Origin: an uncultured delta proteobacterium
GTDB lineage: Bacteria; Myxococcota; UBA727; VGSZ01
DNA: 64,000 nt
Direction: 5' to 3'
NCBI GenBank assembly: GCA_963775425.1
Contig: CAVZJB010000003.1
Span: 160,001-224,000, forward strand
Made by a program: the position numbers and the translations under genes. Position 1 is the first letter of the stretch. Each line of letters starts with the position of its first letter. Shown here in pieces: positions 20,649 to 29,217 of this stretch. The notes beneath the pieces were generated by a model, which was given only the letters and a program-made list of their open reading frames with translations, was not told the DNA's origin and searched no databases.

Positions 20649-21713
20649 TCAGCCGCCTCGCTTGCGTTTGCTCCAGAACTGCACCTGCCACTTCTGCACC
20701 GCGGCGTTGTGGCACTCGAGCGTCGGGCAGAACTGGTGCTCGCCGGAGTCGCCCTTGGCGACGAAATAGAGATCATTGCTCCCCTTGAGCGGCCACAGCG
20801 CGGCCTTGATGGCCTCGAGCCCCGGCTGGGCGATGGGGCCGGGCGGCAGGCCGGGGATGACGTAGGTGTTGTAGGGGTGGTCCCGCAGGAGGTCCGATTT
20901 GCGGATGTTCCCGTCGTAGTTGGGGATGCCGTAGATGACCGTGGGATCGGTCTGCAGCTTCATCCCGCGCTCGAGGCGGTTGTGGAACACGGCCGAGATG
21001 CGCGGCCGCTCCGACTTCTGCCCGGTCTCCTTCTCGACGATGGCGGCGAGCGTCAGCGTCTTGTGGAGGTCCCAGCCAATCTCCTTCATGCGCGCCTTCA
21101 TCTTGTCGTCGATGACGTCGTCGAGGCGGGCGCGCATGCGCCGGAGGATCTTCTCGGGGCTCGTGCCCTTGGGGAACTGGTAGGTGTCCGGGAAGAGATA
21201 GCCGTCGACGCCCCCGGGGACCCCGCTCGGCACGCCGAAGTCGCGGATGAGCCTGGGATCGTTCATCACCTGGATGATGGCGTCCTTGTCGCCGAAGCCG
21301 GCGCCGGCGATGACGGCGGCGACCTCCTCCTTGCGCAGCCCCTCGGGGACCGTGAAGCGCACCTCGGGCGGGATGCCCTTCTCGAGGACGGCGACGATCT
21401 CCTCGGGGCTCATCCCGGGCGCGAGCTCGTACTCGCCGGCCTTCAGCGCCGCCTGCTTCTTGGCGATGTAGCGCAGCCAGCGCTGAAACAGCTTGGCGTC
21501 GCCGATGACGCCTTTGTCCTCGAGGATCTGCGCGATCTTCTGCGGGCCCGCTCCCTTGGGGATGGTCACGCTGACCGTCTGTCCCTTGCCCCCGAAGGTG
21601 GCGGAGCCGAACGCGATGAGCGTCCCGCGGTAGCTGTAGAGCGCGCCCCCGGCGGCGAGGCCGCCGACCACGACGAGGGCCGTCCCCAATGCGGCGACCT
21701 TGGCGAGCTTCAT
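20649..21713 (-). CDS. mltG: Endolytic transglycosylase MltG
   Basis: LKAGEY, TVPEGL, DGYLFPDTY, LAAIVEKET, LQTDPT, PYNTY, GLPPGPI; GGAGG RBS 6 nt before the ATG. Confidence 0.93.
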   Translation of the reverse strand: MKLAKVAALGTALVVVGGLAAGGALYSYRGTLIAFGSATFGGKGQTVSVTIPKGAGPQKIAQILEDKGVIGDAKLFQRWLRYIAKKQAALKAGEYELAPGMSPEEIVAVLEKGIPPEVRFTVPEGLRKEEVAAVIAGAGFGDKDAIIQVMNDPRLIRDFGVPSGVPGGVDGYLFPDTYQFPKGTSPEKILRRMRARLDDVIDDKMKARMKEIGWDLHKTLTLAAIVEKETGQKSERPRISAVFHNRLERGMKLQTDPTVIYGIPNYDGNIRKSDLLRDHPYNTYVIPGLPPGPIAQPGLEAIKAALWPLKGSNDLYFVAKGDSGEHQFCPTLECHNAAVQKWQVQFWSKRKRGG

Positions 21714-21728
21714 GCACATCCTCCGCCG

Positions 21729-23030
21729 GTGACGCTTACCACGGAACAAGCGCTGATGGCCTCGCTGGGCGTGTCTCTCGGCGTCGGCCTGCTCGTGGGC
21801 ATCGAGCGTCAGCGTGCGATCTCCGCCAAGGACGGCAAGGAGACGCTGCTGGGGGGCGTTCGCACCTTCCCGTTGATCGCGCTGTCGGGCAGCGCCGCGG
21901 TGATCCTCGGCGCGAGCGCGCCGTGGGCGCCGGCGGTCGCGCTCCTCGGTCTGGTGGTGTTGATGGCGGTGCACCGCATGGGTCTGAACCCCGCCGATCG
22001 CGAGGGCGGTCTCACGACGGAGACGGCGGCCCTCGTCACGTTCCTCCTCGGGGCGCTGGCGGTGTCGGCGCACGCCATCGCCGACCTCGCCCAACGCCTG
22101 CTCACGTGCGCGGCGCTCGCGGTGGTGGTGACGCTCCTGCTGTCGGGCAAGCCCCGCCTCCACGCCGTGGCGCGCCGGATCTCCGACGAGGACATCCTGG
22201 CCACCGGACAGATCCTCGTCGTGGCCGTGGTGGCGCTGCCGCTGCTGCCCAACCAGAGCTACGGCCCGTTCGGCGGCGTCAACCCCTTCACCGTCGGCAA
22301 GATGATCCTGCTCGTCGGCTTCGTGAGCTTCGTCGGCTACGGCGCGAGCCGGCTCCTCGGCAGCGGCCGCGGCCTCCCCGTGGCGGGCTTCGTCGGCGGG
22401 CTGGTGTCGTCGACGGCGGTGACGTTTTCGATGTCGCGGCGGGCGCGCGAGGATCCGCGCATCTCGGGCTCATGCACGGTGGCGGTGGTGGCGGCGTCGG
22501 CGATGATGTTCGCGCGCGTCGTCATCGTGGTGGCCGTGGTCTACCCGCCGCTCGCCCTGCGCCTGCTCGTCCCGATGTTCGCGGCGACCGCGACGGGGGC
22601 CGTCGCGCTGTTCACGCTGTGGCGGCGGGCGCGCTCGGAGGAGGCGGCGGTGGGCAAGGTGGAGCTCGCGAACCCCTTCGAGCTCAAAAGCGCGATCATC
22701 TTCGGCGTGCTCTTCGCCGTGATCACCTTCGGGGCGCACGCGGTGCGGGCCACCCTCGGCGATCGTGTCCTGCCCCTCGCGGGGCTCATCGCCGGCATGC
22801 CGGACGTCGACGCCATCACCCTGTCGACGTCGGGCCTCGCGCAAAACGGCCTGTCGTTGACCATCGCGTCGGTGACCATCCTCGCGGCGTGCTTCTCGAA
22901 CACGGCGGTGAAGGCGGGCATCGCCGCGGTGACCGGCGGCGGCCGCTTCGGCCTGCGCATCGGCCTCGTGTTCCTGGCGATGGCCGCGGTCGGCGGTCTC
23001 GCGGCGGCGGCGCAGGCGTTCTTCTTCTAG
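21729..23030 (+). CDS. MgtC/SapB family membrane protein with DUF4010
   Basis: GLLVGIER, GGVRTFPLI, GLTTE, GGLVSSTA, NPFEL, DVDAITLS; many TM segments. Start 21729 (GTG) or 21756 (ATG). Confidence 0.88.
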   Translation: MTLTTEQALMASLGVSLGVGLLVGIERQRAISAKDGKETLLGGVRTFPLIALSGSAAVILGASAPWAPAVALLGLVVLMAVHRMGLNPADREGGLTTETAALVTFLLGALAVSAHAIADLAQRLLTCAALAVVVTLLLSGKPRLHAVARRISDEDILATGQILVVAVVALPLLPNQSYGPFGGVNPFTVGKMILLVGFVSFVGYGASRLLGSGRGLPVAGFVGGLVSSTAVTFSMSRRAREDPRISGSCTVAVVAASAMMFARVVIVVAVVYPPLALRLLVPMFAATATGAVALFTLWRRARSEEAAVGKVELANPFELKSAIIFGVLFAVITFGAHAVRATLGDRVLPLAGLIAGMPDVDAITLSTSGLAQNGLSLTIASVTILAACFSNTAVKAGIAAVTGGGRFGLRIGLVFLAMAAVGGLAAAAQAFFF

Positions 23031-23037
23031 CTCGGGC

Positions 23038-23478
23038 TCACGCGCCGCGCGACGCAACCCAATCCAGGACGAGGCCGCGGGCGACCTCGGCGTCGAGCGC
23101 GGCCTTGCGCTTGTGCTTCGGGACGCCGGACTCGACGAGGCGCGCGGCCGCGTGCCGGCTCGAGTGTGCCTCGTCGACGAGGTGGACGCGCACGGGCTCG
23201 TGGCCCGCGCCGGCGTCGAGCGCTCCCTGGAGGGCCTCGGCGAAGCCCCGTGCGCGACGGGCCATGGGGCCCTCGTCGCCGGTCCGGGGCAGGGCGGGCA
23301 GGCCCACGACGACGTCTGTGACGCCCTCGCTCCGACACAGCGTCACGAGGAAGGCGACGTCCTGGGCGCGGCTGCCGGGTGTGAGGTTCGGCAGCGCGCG
23401 CGCCGTGATGCCGAGCTCGTCCGAGACGGCGAGGCCGGTCCGTTTGAGGCCGAGATCCACGCCGAGCACGCGTCCCAT
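23038..23478 (-). CDS. ruvX: Holliday junction resolvase-like / pre-16S rRNA nuclease RuvX (YqgF)
   Basis: LGVDLGLKRTGLAVSD, VVGLP, VDE, LDAEVA. Confidence 0.9.
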   Translation of the reverse strand: MGRVLGVDLGLKRTGLAVSDELGITARALPNLTPGSRAQDVAFLVTLCRSEGVTDVVVGLPALPRTGDEGPMARRARGFAEALQGALDAGAGHEPVRVHLVDEAHSSRHAAARLVESGVPKHKRKAALDAEVARGLVLDWVASRGA

Positions 23479-23538
23479 GGCCCTAGAGTAGCGGCCGCGT
23501 GCGCGACGTCACCGGGCGTCTTTGCCGGCCGCGTTTGA

Positions 23539-24801
23539 TCAGCTCGCGTCCTTGCCGGTGGCCTTCGAGTGGGCGACGGCGTCGCCGGGGGAGTCGAGGT
23601 CGGCGGTGGCGGCGGACTCTTCCATCAGCTTCTGTTTGATGCGCGCGAGCGACGCCCGGGTCTTCTGCGCCCACTCGCTCTCGGCGCCGGTCCGCGTGAC
23701 CATGTCGGCGTTGCTCGTCCAGGTCTTTTCGGCCTTGGCGAGCAGGATGAGGACCTTCTTGCGCACCATCTTCTGGTAGAGCGCGGCCGCCTCCGGCCCG
23801 AGGTCCGGCGGGGCGGGCAGGCCGATCAGGTCGTCGTGCAGCTCCTCGTACATCTGGCCCACGTTGAACCCGGCCGCGCTCGCCCACCCGGCGTGGCCCT
23901 CGCGGATGGTGCGCAGGTACGCGTACTGCGCGCGCAGCAACAACTGGCACTTCTGCTCGAGCTGATCACCGAGGAGCTTCTCGAGGACGTTCGACGGGGG
24001 CTCGCCCTTGGGGGCGGCCTTGGCCGCGGCCGCGGTGGCGGCGGCGAGCTCCGCGGGCGTCGGGAACTTGAGCTCGTACTCGGAGAACTCGAGGCGGGCG
24101 AGCTCGGCCAGATAGAACGCCGCCTGCGCGGTGAAGTACCCGACGTTCAACCGGGCGCGCTCGCTCGCCTGGCGGTAGAGGCGGCGCGCCTCGAGGAAGC
24201 GGTACTCCGCCGTCGGCCGGTGCGAACCGTCCGGGTCGTGCAGGCCGAGCATGTAGTGGCCGACGCCGGCGTCGACGAGGGCGATGATGCGGTCCTCGAC
24301 CTCGAGGTCCTCGCCGAGCAGGGTGTCGAACGTGTCGACGACCTCGTCGTAGCGCTTGGCGGTGGCGAGGGCCTCGCCGCGCTTGAAGCGCCCGTCGAGC
24401 TTGTCCTTGTCCGACGCCGTCGCCGGCAGCATCGCGAGGTACTTGTCGAAGGCGGCGACGGCCTCCTCGCCGCGCTCGAGGTGGATGTACGCGACGCCGA
24501 CGTTGTACCAGGCGAGGATGACGTGGCCGTCGTCGGGGAACTCGCGGATGAGGCGCTCGAAGTAGAGCGCGGCGTCCGCGTAGTCGTCGCCGTCCATGAA
24601 GTCGAACGCGCGCGCGAACAGGGTGGCGGCGTCGTAGGCGTCGAGGCCGTCGGGGCCGATGGGCTGCGCGACGACGTGCATCTCGGGTGCCTTCACGGCC
24701 TGGACGGGCTTCGTGGTGGCGCAGCCGCCGAGCGCTACGACCGCGGATGCGGCCACGGTGACGGCGAGGGCGGCCCGAGGGGGGCGGGCGGGGGAGCGCA
24801 T
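23539..24801 (-). CDS. Tetratricopeptide-repeat lipoprotein
   Basis: LGGC lipobox; TPR-like units (FERLIREFP, AWYNVGVAY). Confidence 0.8.
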   Translation of the reverse strand: MRSPARPPRAALAVTVAASAVVALGGCATTKPVQAVKAPEMHVVAQPIGPDGLDAYDAATLFARAFDFMDGDDYADAALYFERLIREFPDDGHVILAWYNVGVAYIHLERGEEAVAAFDKYLAMLPATASDKDKLDGRFKRGEALATAKRYDEVVDTFDTLLGEDLEVEDRIIALVDAGVGHYMLGLHDPDGSHRPTAEYRFLEARRLYRQASERARLNVGYFTAQAAFYLAELARLEFSEYELKFPTPAELAAATAAAAKAAPKGEPPSNVLEKLLGDQLEQKCQLLLRAQYAYLRTIREGHAGWASAAGFNVGQMYEELHDDLIGLPAPPDLGPEAAALYQKMVRKKVLILLAKAEKTWTSNADMVTRTGAESEWAQKTRASLARIKQKLMEESAATADLDSPGDAVAHSKATGKDAS

Positions 24802-24874
24802 GGACGTGGGACAAGCATAGTGCGCTGACGGTTCCCGCGCCTGCCCGGCGCCGAGGCCGTCCGCCCGGAGGCGC

Positions 24875-26056
24875 TCAGACCGGGTCCTTGCCGGCGAGCC
24901 AGGGGACGAGCTCGGCGAGGCGGCGGGCGTCGTGGACGGCGTCGGGCAGGCGGGGGACGCGGACGACGGGGGCGTCGCCGGACTCCTCGAGGAGCCGCGC
25001 GACGTACACGCGGTCGAGCGCCGCGAGCTTCTCCTGCTGGCGGGTGGCCTCGTCGAGCACGCCGGCGAGGTGCGCGGCGTCGGACGCCGTGACGGCGGGT
25101 CCCTCGAGGCGGCGCTCCCAGCCGCGCGTGGCGAGCAGCTCGAGGGCCTGCCCTGGCGACGGCGTCACGCGGTTGATCACCAGGGCCCCGAGGCGCAGCG
25201 CGCGCCGCTCGAGCTCGTCGAGGAAGAAGCGCGCCTCGGACAGCGCCGCCGGCTGCGGCGACGTGACGACGAGGAAGCGGGTCTCGTCGCCGCTCAAGAG
25301 CGTCTGGAAGTCGCGCGTGCGCTGCGTGAGCGGATCGTAGAGGTCGCGCAACAGCACGATGAACTCGCCGAGCTCGTCGAGGACCTCGGCGCCGGCGAAG
25401 CGCGCGAGCACGCTCTGGGCGCGCCCGGCGGCGCCGTCGAGGAAGCGCAGCCCGAGGATGTGCTTTTTGTGGGCGAAGAAGCGGAACGCGTCGTTGTCGA
25501 GGACGGCGAGGATGCGGCTCGGCGCCTCCAGGAAGTCGAGCGCGCTCGACGTGGGCGGCGTGTCGAGCACCACGAGGTCCCACTCGCCCGACGAGGCCAG
25601 GTGGTGGAGGCATTCGCAGGCGATGAACTCGTGCGCGCCGGGCATGTCGCGCGACAGCGTCTCGTAGAAGCGGTTGTCGAGGATGCGGCGGGCGGCGGCC
25701 TCGTCGGGGGCCGTGCGGAACAGCATGTCGTCCCACGCGGCCTTGAGGTCGAGCATCATCGCGCTGAGCTCGCCACGCAGCGTGACGCCGGCGGCCGCGG
25801 TGACGGCGGCGTCGATGCGCTGCGGCTTGTGCGCGAGCGCGTCCAGGCCGAGGGCGTTCGCCAGGCGGCGCGCGGGATCGATGGTGATGACCAGGGTGCG
25901 CCGGCCGAGCATGGCGCCGAGGAGCCCGAGCGTGGCCGCGGTGGTGGTCTTGCCGACGCCGCCGCTGCCGACGCACACGAGCACGCGGCGCTCGCGCGCC
26001 AAAGAGCGCACCACGCGGCGTCCCTCGTCGAGCTCGGGGGCGTCGAGGACGTTCAC
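24875..26056 (-). CDS. ArsA/Get3-family ATPase, subunit lacking the signature Lys
   Basis: GSGGVGKT, TIDPARRLA, LDTPPT. Confidence 0.9.
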   Translation of the reverse strand: MNVLDAPELDEGRRVVRSLARERRVLVCVGSGGVGKTTTAATLGLLGAMLGRRTLVITIDPARRLANALGLDALAHKPQRIDAAVTAAAGVTLRGELSAMMLDLKAAWDDMLFRTAPDEAAARRILDNRFYETLSRDMPGAHEFIACECLHHLASSGEWDLVVLDTPPTSSALDFLEAPSRILAVLDNDAFRFFAHKKHILGLRFLDGAAGRAQSVLARFAGAEVLDELGEFIVLLRDLYDPLTQRTRDFQTLLSGDETRFLVVTSPQPAALSEARFFLDELERRALRLGALVINRVTPSPGQALELLATRGWERRLEGPAVTASDAAHLAGVLDEATRQQEKLAALDRVYVARLLEESGDAPVVRVPRLPDAVHDARRLAELVPWLAGKDPV

Positions 26057-27078
26057 CCTTCTTTGCCCCCCGCCGGCGCCTCGCGCGCCGACGCGGACGG
26101 CGCGCGCTTCGCCGGCTCGCGCGCGGCCTGGGCGATGAGGGAGGCGAAGCGGTCGACGTCGGCGCGGCCGAGCGGACCCGCGAGCACCATGGGCAGCTCC
26201 ACCACGGGCATGCCGAGCGTCTCGATGCGCGCGCGCATGTCACGCTCGAGCGCCTCGCGCTGGCGGCGGCGCTCGGCGACGTCGAGGAGCGCGCGCACCT
26301 GGTCGTCGGCGTGGCCGTCGCGCGCGGTGACCTCGCGCAGGGCGCGCTCGGCGGGCGCGTCGAACAGGCGCTGCAGCCGCTGGTTCAAGAACACGGCGCC
26401 GAGCGGCGCGGCGGCCGAGTCTCTCACCTGCTGCACGAGGTCGCGCGCCTCGTTGACCGGGAGCTCCTCGGGGAGCGCCACGACGTGCAGCGCGGTGCGC
26501 GTCGGGTCGGCGACGACGTCGGCCATCTGACGCGTCTTTTCGGCCATCGGCCCGACGCGGCTCGCGTCGCGGACGATCTGGGCGACGCGGAGGAACTTGA
26601 TGCCGTGGCCGGTGGAAGGGCAGTCGACCACGATGCGGTCGAAGCGCGGCCGGCCGGCGTCGTCCTTCTCCTCGGCGTGAAACCGAATCTTCCCCTGAAT
26701 TGTGAGCTCGGTGAGCGAGGGGACGAAGCGCAGGAACACCTTGGTGAGGCGGTTTTCGAAGACGGTCTTGTAGAGCGCCTCGAACTTCAGCGTCATCAAC
26801 GCGTATTCCTTCATGGACGCGGCGGCGGTGGCGTCGACGACGTGGAAGCCGCGCCCCACTTCGGTCACGAGCTCGCGCATCTCAGCGCCGATGGGCGCCG
26901 TGCCCAGGAGGCGGCTGTGGCTGTCGGGCGCGTTCACCTGAACGAGCAGCACGCGGAGCTTCTGCGCGTGGAAGTGCCGCGCGAGCGCGCAGGCGACGAC
27001 GCTCTTGCCCACGCCGCCCTTGCCGCAGACGTAGTGCAGTTGGCGCGCAAGGAAATCCACCGTGGCGACCTTACTCAC
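26053..27078 (-). CDS. ArsA/Get3-family ATPase, subunit with the signature Lys
   Basis: GKGGVGKS, VDCPSTGH, LPEELPVNE; GTGA overlaps with both neighbours. Confidence 0.88.
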   Translation of the reverse strand: MSKVATVDFLARQLHYVCGKGGVGKSVVACALARHFHAQKLRVLLVQVNAPDSHSRLLGTAPIGAEMRELVTEVGRGFHVVDATAAASMKEYALMTLKFEALYKTVFENRLTKVFLRFVPSLTELTIQGKIRFHAEEKDDAGRPRFDRIVVDCPSTGHGIKFLRVAQIVRDASRVGPMAEKTRQMADVVADPTRTALHVVALPEELPVNEARDLVQQVRDSAAAPLGAVFLNQRLQRLFDAPAERALREVTARDGHADDQVRALLDVAERRRQREALERDMRARIETLGMPVVELPMVLAGPLGRADVDRFASLIAQAAREPAKRAPSASAREAPAGGKEG

Positions 27079-27884
27079 GAGGGCGTGGTCAGGGAAGCGA
27101 CGACGAGGTCCACCACGCGCGGGTGGACGAGGAGCTCCGCGTGCCCGAAGCCGCTGAGCGCGTGCTCCGCGGCGCCCTCCACGCGGCACGTCTCCTGCGG
27201 ATAGACGACCGCGTCGTGCGCCGACGAGATGGTCGTGAGCCTCGCGTGCGGAAGGAGCTGCCGCAGCGTGGGGAGCCCCGAGATGAACGGGGCGCCGATG
27301 AAGAGCTGCCGCGCCTCCGGGAGCGGGATGTGCCGCGCGGCGGCCGTGCCCGTATGCGGGCTCGCGACGGTGACGACGTGCCGGATGCGTTCGCCGAGAT
27401 CGGGGCGCATGCCGAGGGCGGCGCGCAGCACCACGCCGCCCATGGAGTGGCACACCACGTCGACGCCGTCGGGGTGCGCACAGAGCGCCCGCTCGAGCGC
27501 GCCGACGAGGCGCAGGGCGTGCTTCTCGATGGGGAGGAACATGCCGCCGAGGCTCGGCGCGGACGTCGGCCGCCCGAGCGTGGCCACCGCGCGACGGTAG
27601 CCCCACATGCTCGTGCCGTCGGCGGCGAGGCCGTGGACGAAGACGACGGGGAGGCCCTCGCCGGCGCCGGTCCTGTGTCCGCGCCGCACGAGGGTCCAGG
27701 CGAGGATGACGAGCTGCGCCCACGCCTCGCGCAGGATGAGACCGGCGCTCGCGGCGGCGGCGCTCGGCACGAGAAACGCGCGGCGCGCGTAGGCGCCGAC
27801 GACGCCGACGACGAGCGCGACGAAGAGCGCGACGAAGAGCGCGACCGGCGCGGCCAGGGTGAGGAGGATCGCCGTGGCATTCAT
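27075..27884 (-). CDS. Alpha/beta hydrolase (lipase/esterase) with N-terminal membrane anchor
   Basis: VVFVHG, CHSMGG nucleophile elbow, SPHTGT, D..V and GH catalytic motifs. Confidence 0.88.
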   Translation of the reverse strand: MNATAILLTLAAPVALFVALFVALVVGVVGAYARRAFLVPSAAAASAGLILREAWAQLVILAWTLVRRGHRTGAGEGLPVVFVHGLAADGTSMWGYRRAVATLGRPTSAPSLGGMFLPIEKHALRLVGALERALCAHPDGVDVVCHSMGGVVLRAALGMRPDLGERIRHVVTVASPHTGTAAARHIPLPEARQLFIGAPFISGLPTLRQLLPHARLTTISSAHDAVVYPQETCRVEGAAEHALSGFGHAELLVHPRVVDLVVASLTTPS

Positions 27885-27911
27885 GGCCGCTTCTCGGCTA
27901 CGTTTCGCGCC

Positions 27912-28214
27912 ATGGCGGACAAACACGACAGCGCGGTCAAGACCATCCTCGGCCTCGGCGAGGAGAAGATGGGCGAGGTGGTGAACCAGCTCCTCGCCAA
28001 CGAGGCCTTCGTGTCTGCAGTGCAAAAGGCCATCACGGGCAGCATCGGCGCCAAGCGGAGCGTGGACAAGGGCGTGGCCACGGTGCTTGGCATGATCAAC
28101 GTGCCGACTCTCGAAGACATCGACAAGATCCGCGACAAGATGAACAATCTCGAGGACACCATCGGCGAGATCGGCGACCGCCTCGAGAAGCTCAACGCCA
28201 AGCTGTCGAAGTAG
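27912..28214 (+). CDS. Small amphipathic coiled-coil protein, phasin/PhaF-PhaI-like
   Basis: 100 aa, helical; C-terminal NVPTLEDIDKIRDKMNNLE resembles the VP(S/T)xxDI motif of granule-associated proteins. Confidence 0.7.
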   Translation: MADKHDSAVKTILGLGEEKMGEVVNQLLANEAFVSAVQKAITGSIGAKRSVDKGVATVLGMINVPTLEDIDKIRDKMNNLEDTIGEIGDRLEKLNAKLSK

Positions 28215-28325
28215 CGCTCTCCAGGCCGGGCGCTCTCCAAGCCGGGCGCTCTCCAGGCCGGGCGCTCTCCAGGCGGGGCGCTCTCCAGGCGGGGCGCTGT
28301 CCAAGCCGGGCGCTCTCCAGGCAGG
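28214..28325. repeat. Intergenic tandem repeat, 7 x 16 bp
   Basis: Consensus GCGCTCTCCARGCCGG; units start at 28214, 28230, 28246, 28262, 28278, 28294, 28310; no spacers. Confidence 0.95.
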
Positions 28326-28365
28326 GCGGCTCGCGGAGCAGGGCGGGGCTCGTCCCCCGCGTCCA

Positions 28366-29046
28366 TCACGGCTTCTTGCGGGACTCGACCTCGTGGATCC
28401 GCGCCTCGAGGGCCTCGATGCGCGCCTTGAGCGCGTCGATGTCGGGGCGGTGCATCGCGGGGGTCATCTTGCCGAGGGTCTCGCGCACGCGCTCGTCGAT
28501 GCGCTTCTGCCAGGTCTCGAACGCCTCGGTGGTGGAGTGCACGAACTCCTTGACCACGCCGTCCTTCTCCGCGTCCGCCTCGGCCTGCGCCTGGGCGTCG
28601 CTCGGCGTGGCGGCCGCGTCGTCGGCCTTGGCGTCCTTGGGATCGCGCTTGAGCAGCGAGTCCACGCGGCGCTCGACGTCGTCGCGCAGGCGCTTCACGG
28701 GGTCCGCCACCCGGTCCGAGTAGAACTCGCCGATGGCCCCGCGCCACTCGGTGAGGTCAGGGCCGCTCTGGATGATGCTCCGCAGGAGCTTCAGCGGCAT
28801 CTTTTGGACCTTCTTCTCCTCCTCGACGATGATCTGCGCGAGCGTGACGGCGGTGAGGTCGTCCTTGGTCTTGTTGTCGACGACCTTGACGTCGTCGCCC
28901 TCCTTGATCATCTGCGAGATCTCATCGAGCGTGACGTAACAGGAGCGCTCCGTGTCATAGAGCTTCCGGTTCGCGTAGCGCTTGATGACCTTGGCCTTCT
29001 TCGCGCCTTGGCCGGCCGAGCTCTCGGGGGTGCTGGTGGTCGTCAT
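28366..29046 (-). CDS. phaR: PhaR-type polyhydroxyalkanoate regulator DNA-binding domain protein
   Basis: IKRYANRKLYDTERSCYVTL...VVDNKTKDDLTAVTLAQII; C-terminal coiled coil. Confidence 0.85.
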   Translation of the reverse strand: MTTTSTPESSAGQGAKKAKVIKRYANRKLYDTERSCYVTLDEISQMIKEGDDVKVVDNKTKDDLTAVTLAQIIVEEEKKVQKMPLKLLRSIIQSGPDLTEWRGAIGEFYSDRVADPVKRLRDDVERRVDSLLKRDPKDAKADDAAATPSDAQAQAEADAEKDGVVKEFVHSTTEAFETWQKRIDERVRETLGKMTPAMHRPDIDALKARIEALEARIHEVESRKKP

Positions 29047-29217
29047 GGGTTTTGCCGCTCTGCGTTAAGGGTGTGACGAAAGGTCCGCCGTTGTCAACGC
29101 AACGCGGCAGCAGCGACGCCGTGGCACGCCTCGGCCGCGGGTTTGCTCCCGCCGTACGCGCCAACATAGACTGCGCGTCGTCGACGGCGCAGCGCGTCGG
29201 CGAGCGGAACACCACGC

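Noticed and set aside
20484-22163. Apparent long overlap of mltG and the DUF4010 ORFs
   Set aside because: Both extensions are antisense shadows; motifs and RBS place starts at 21713 and 21729/21756.
24875-27078. Arsenite-resistance ATPase annotation
   Set aside because: No arsB, acr3, arsC, arsD or arsR nearby, and the motifs fit the paired Get3/BagAB type.
28214-28325. Tandem repeat as a CRISPR array
   Set aside because: Units are 16 bp, contiguous and spacer-free; no cas genes in the window.
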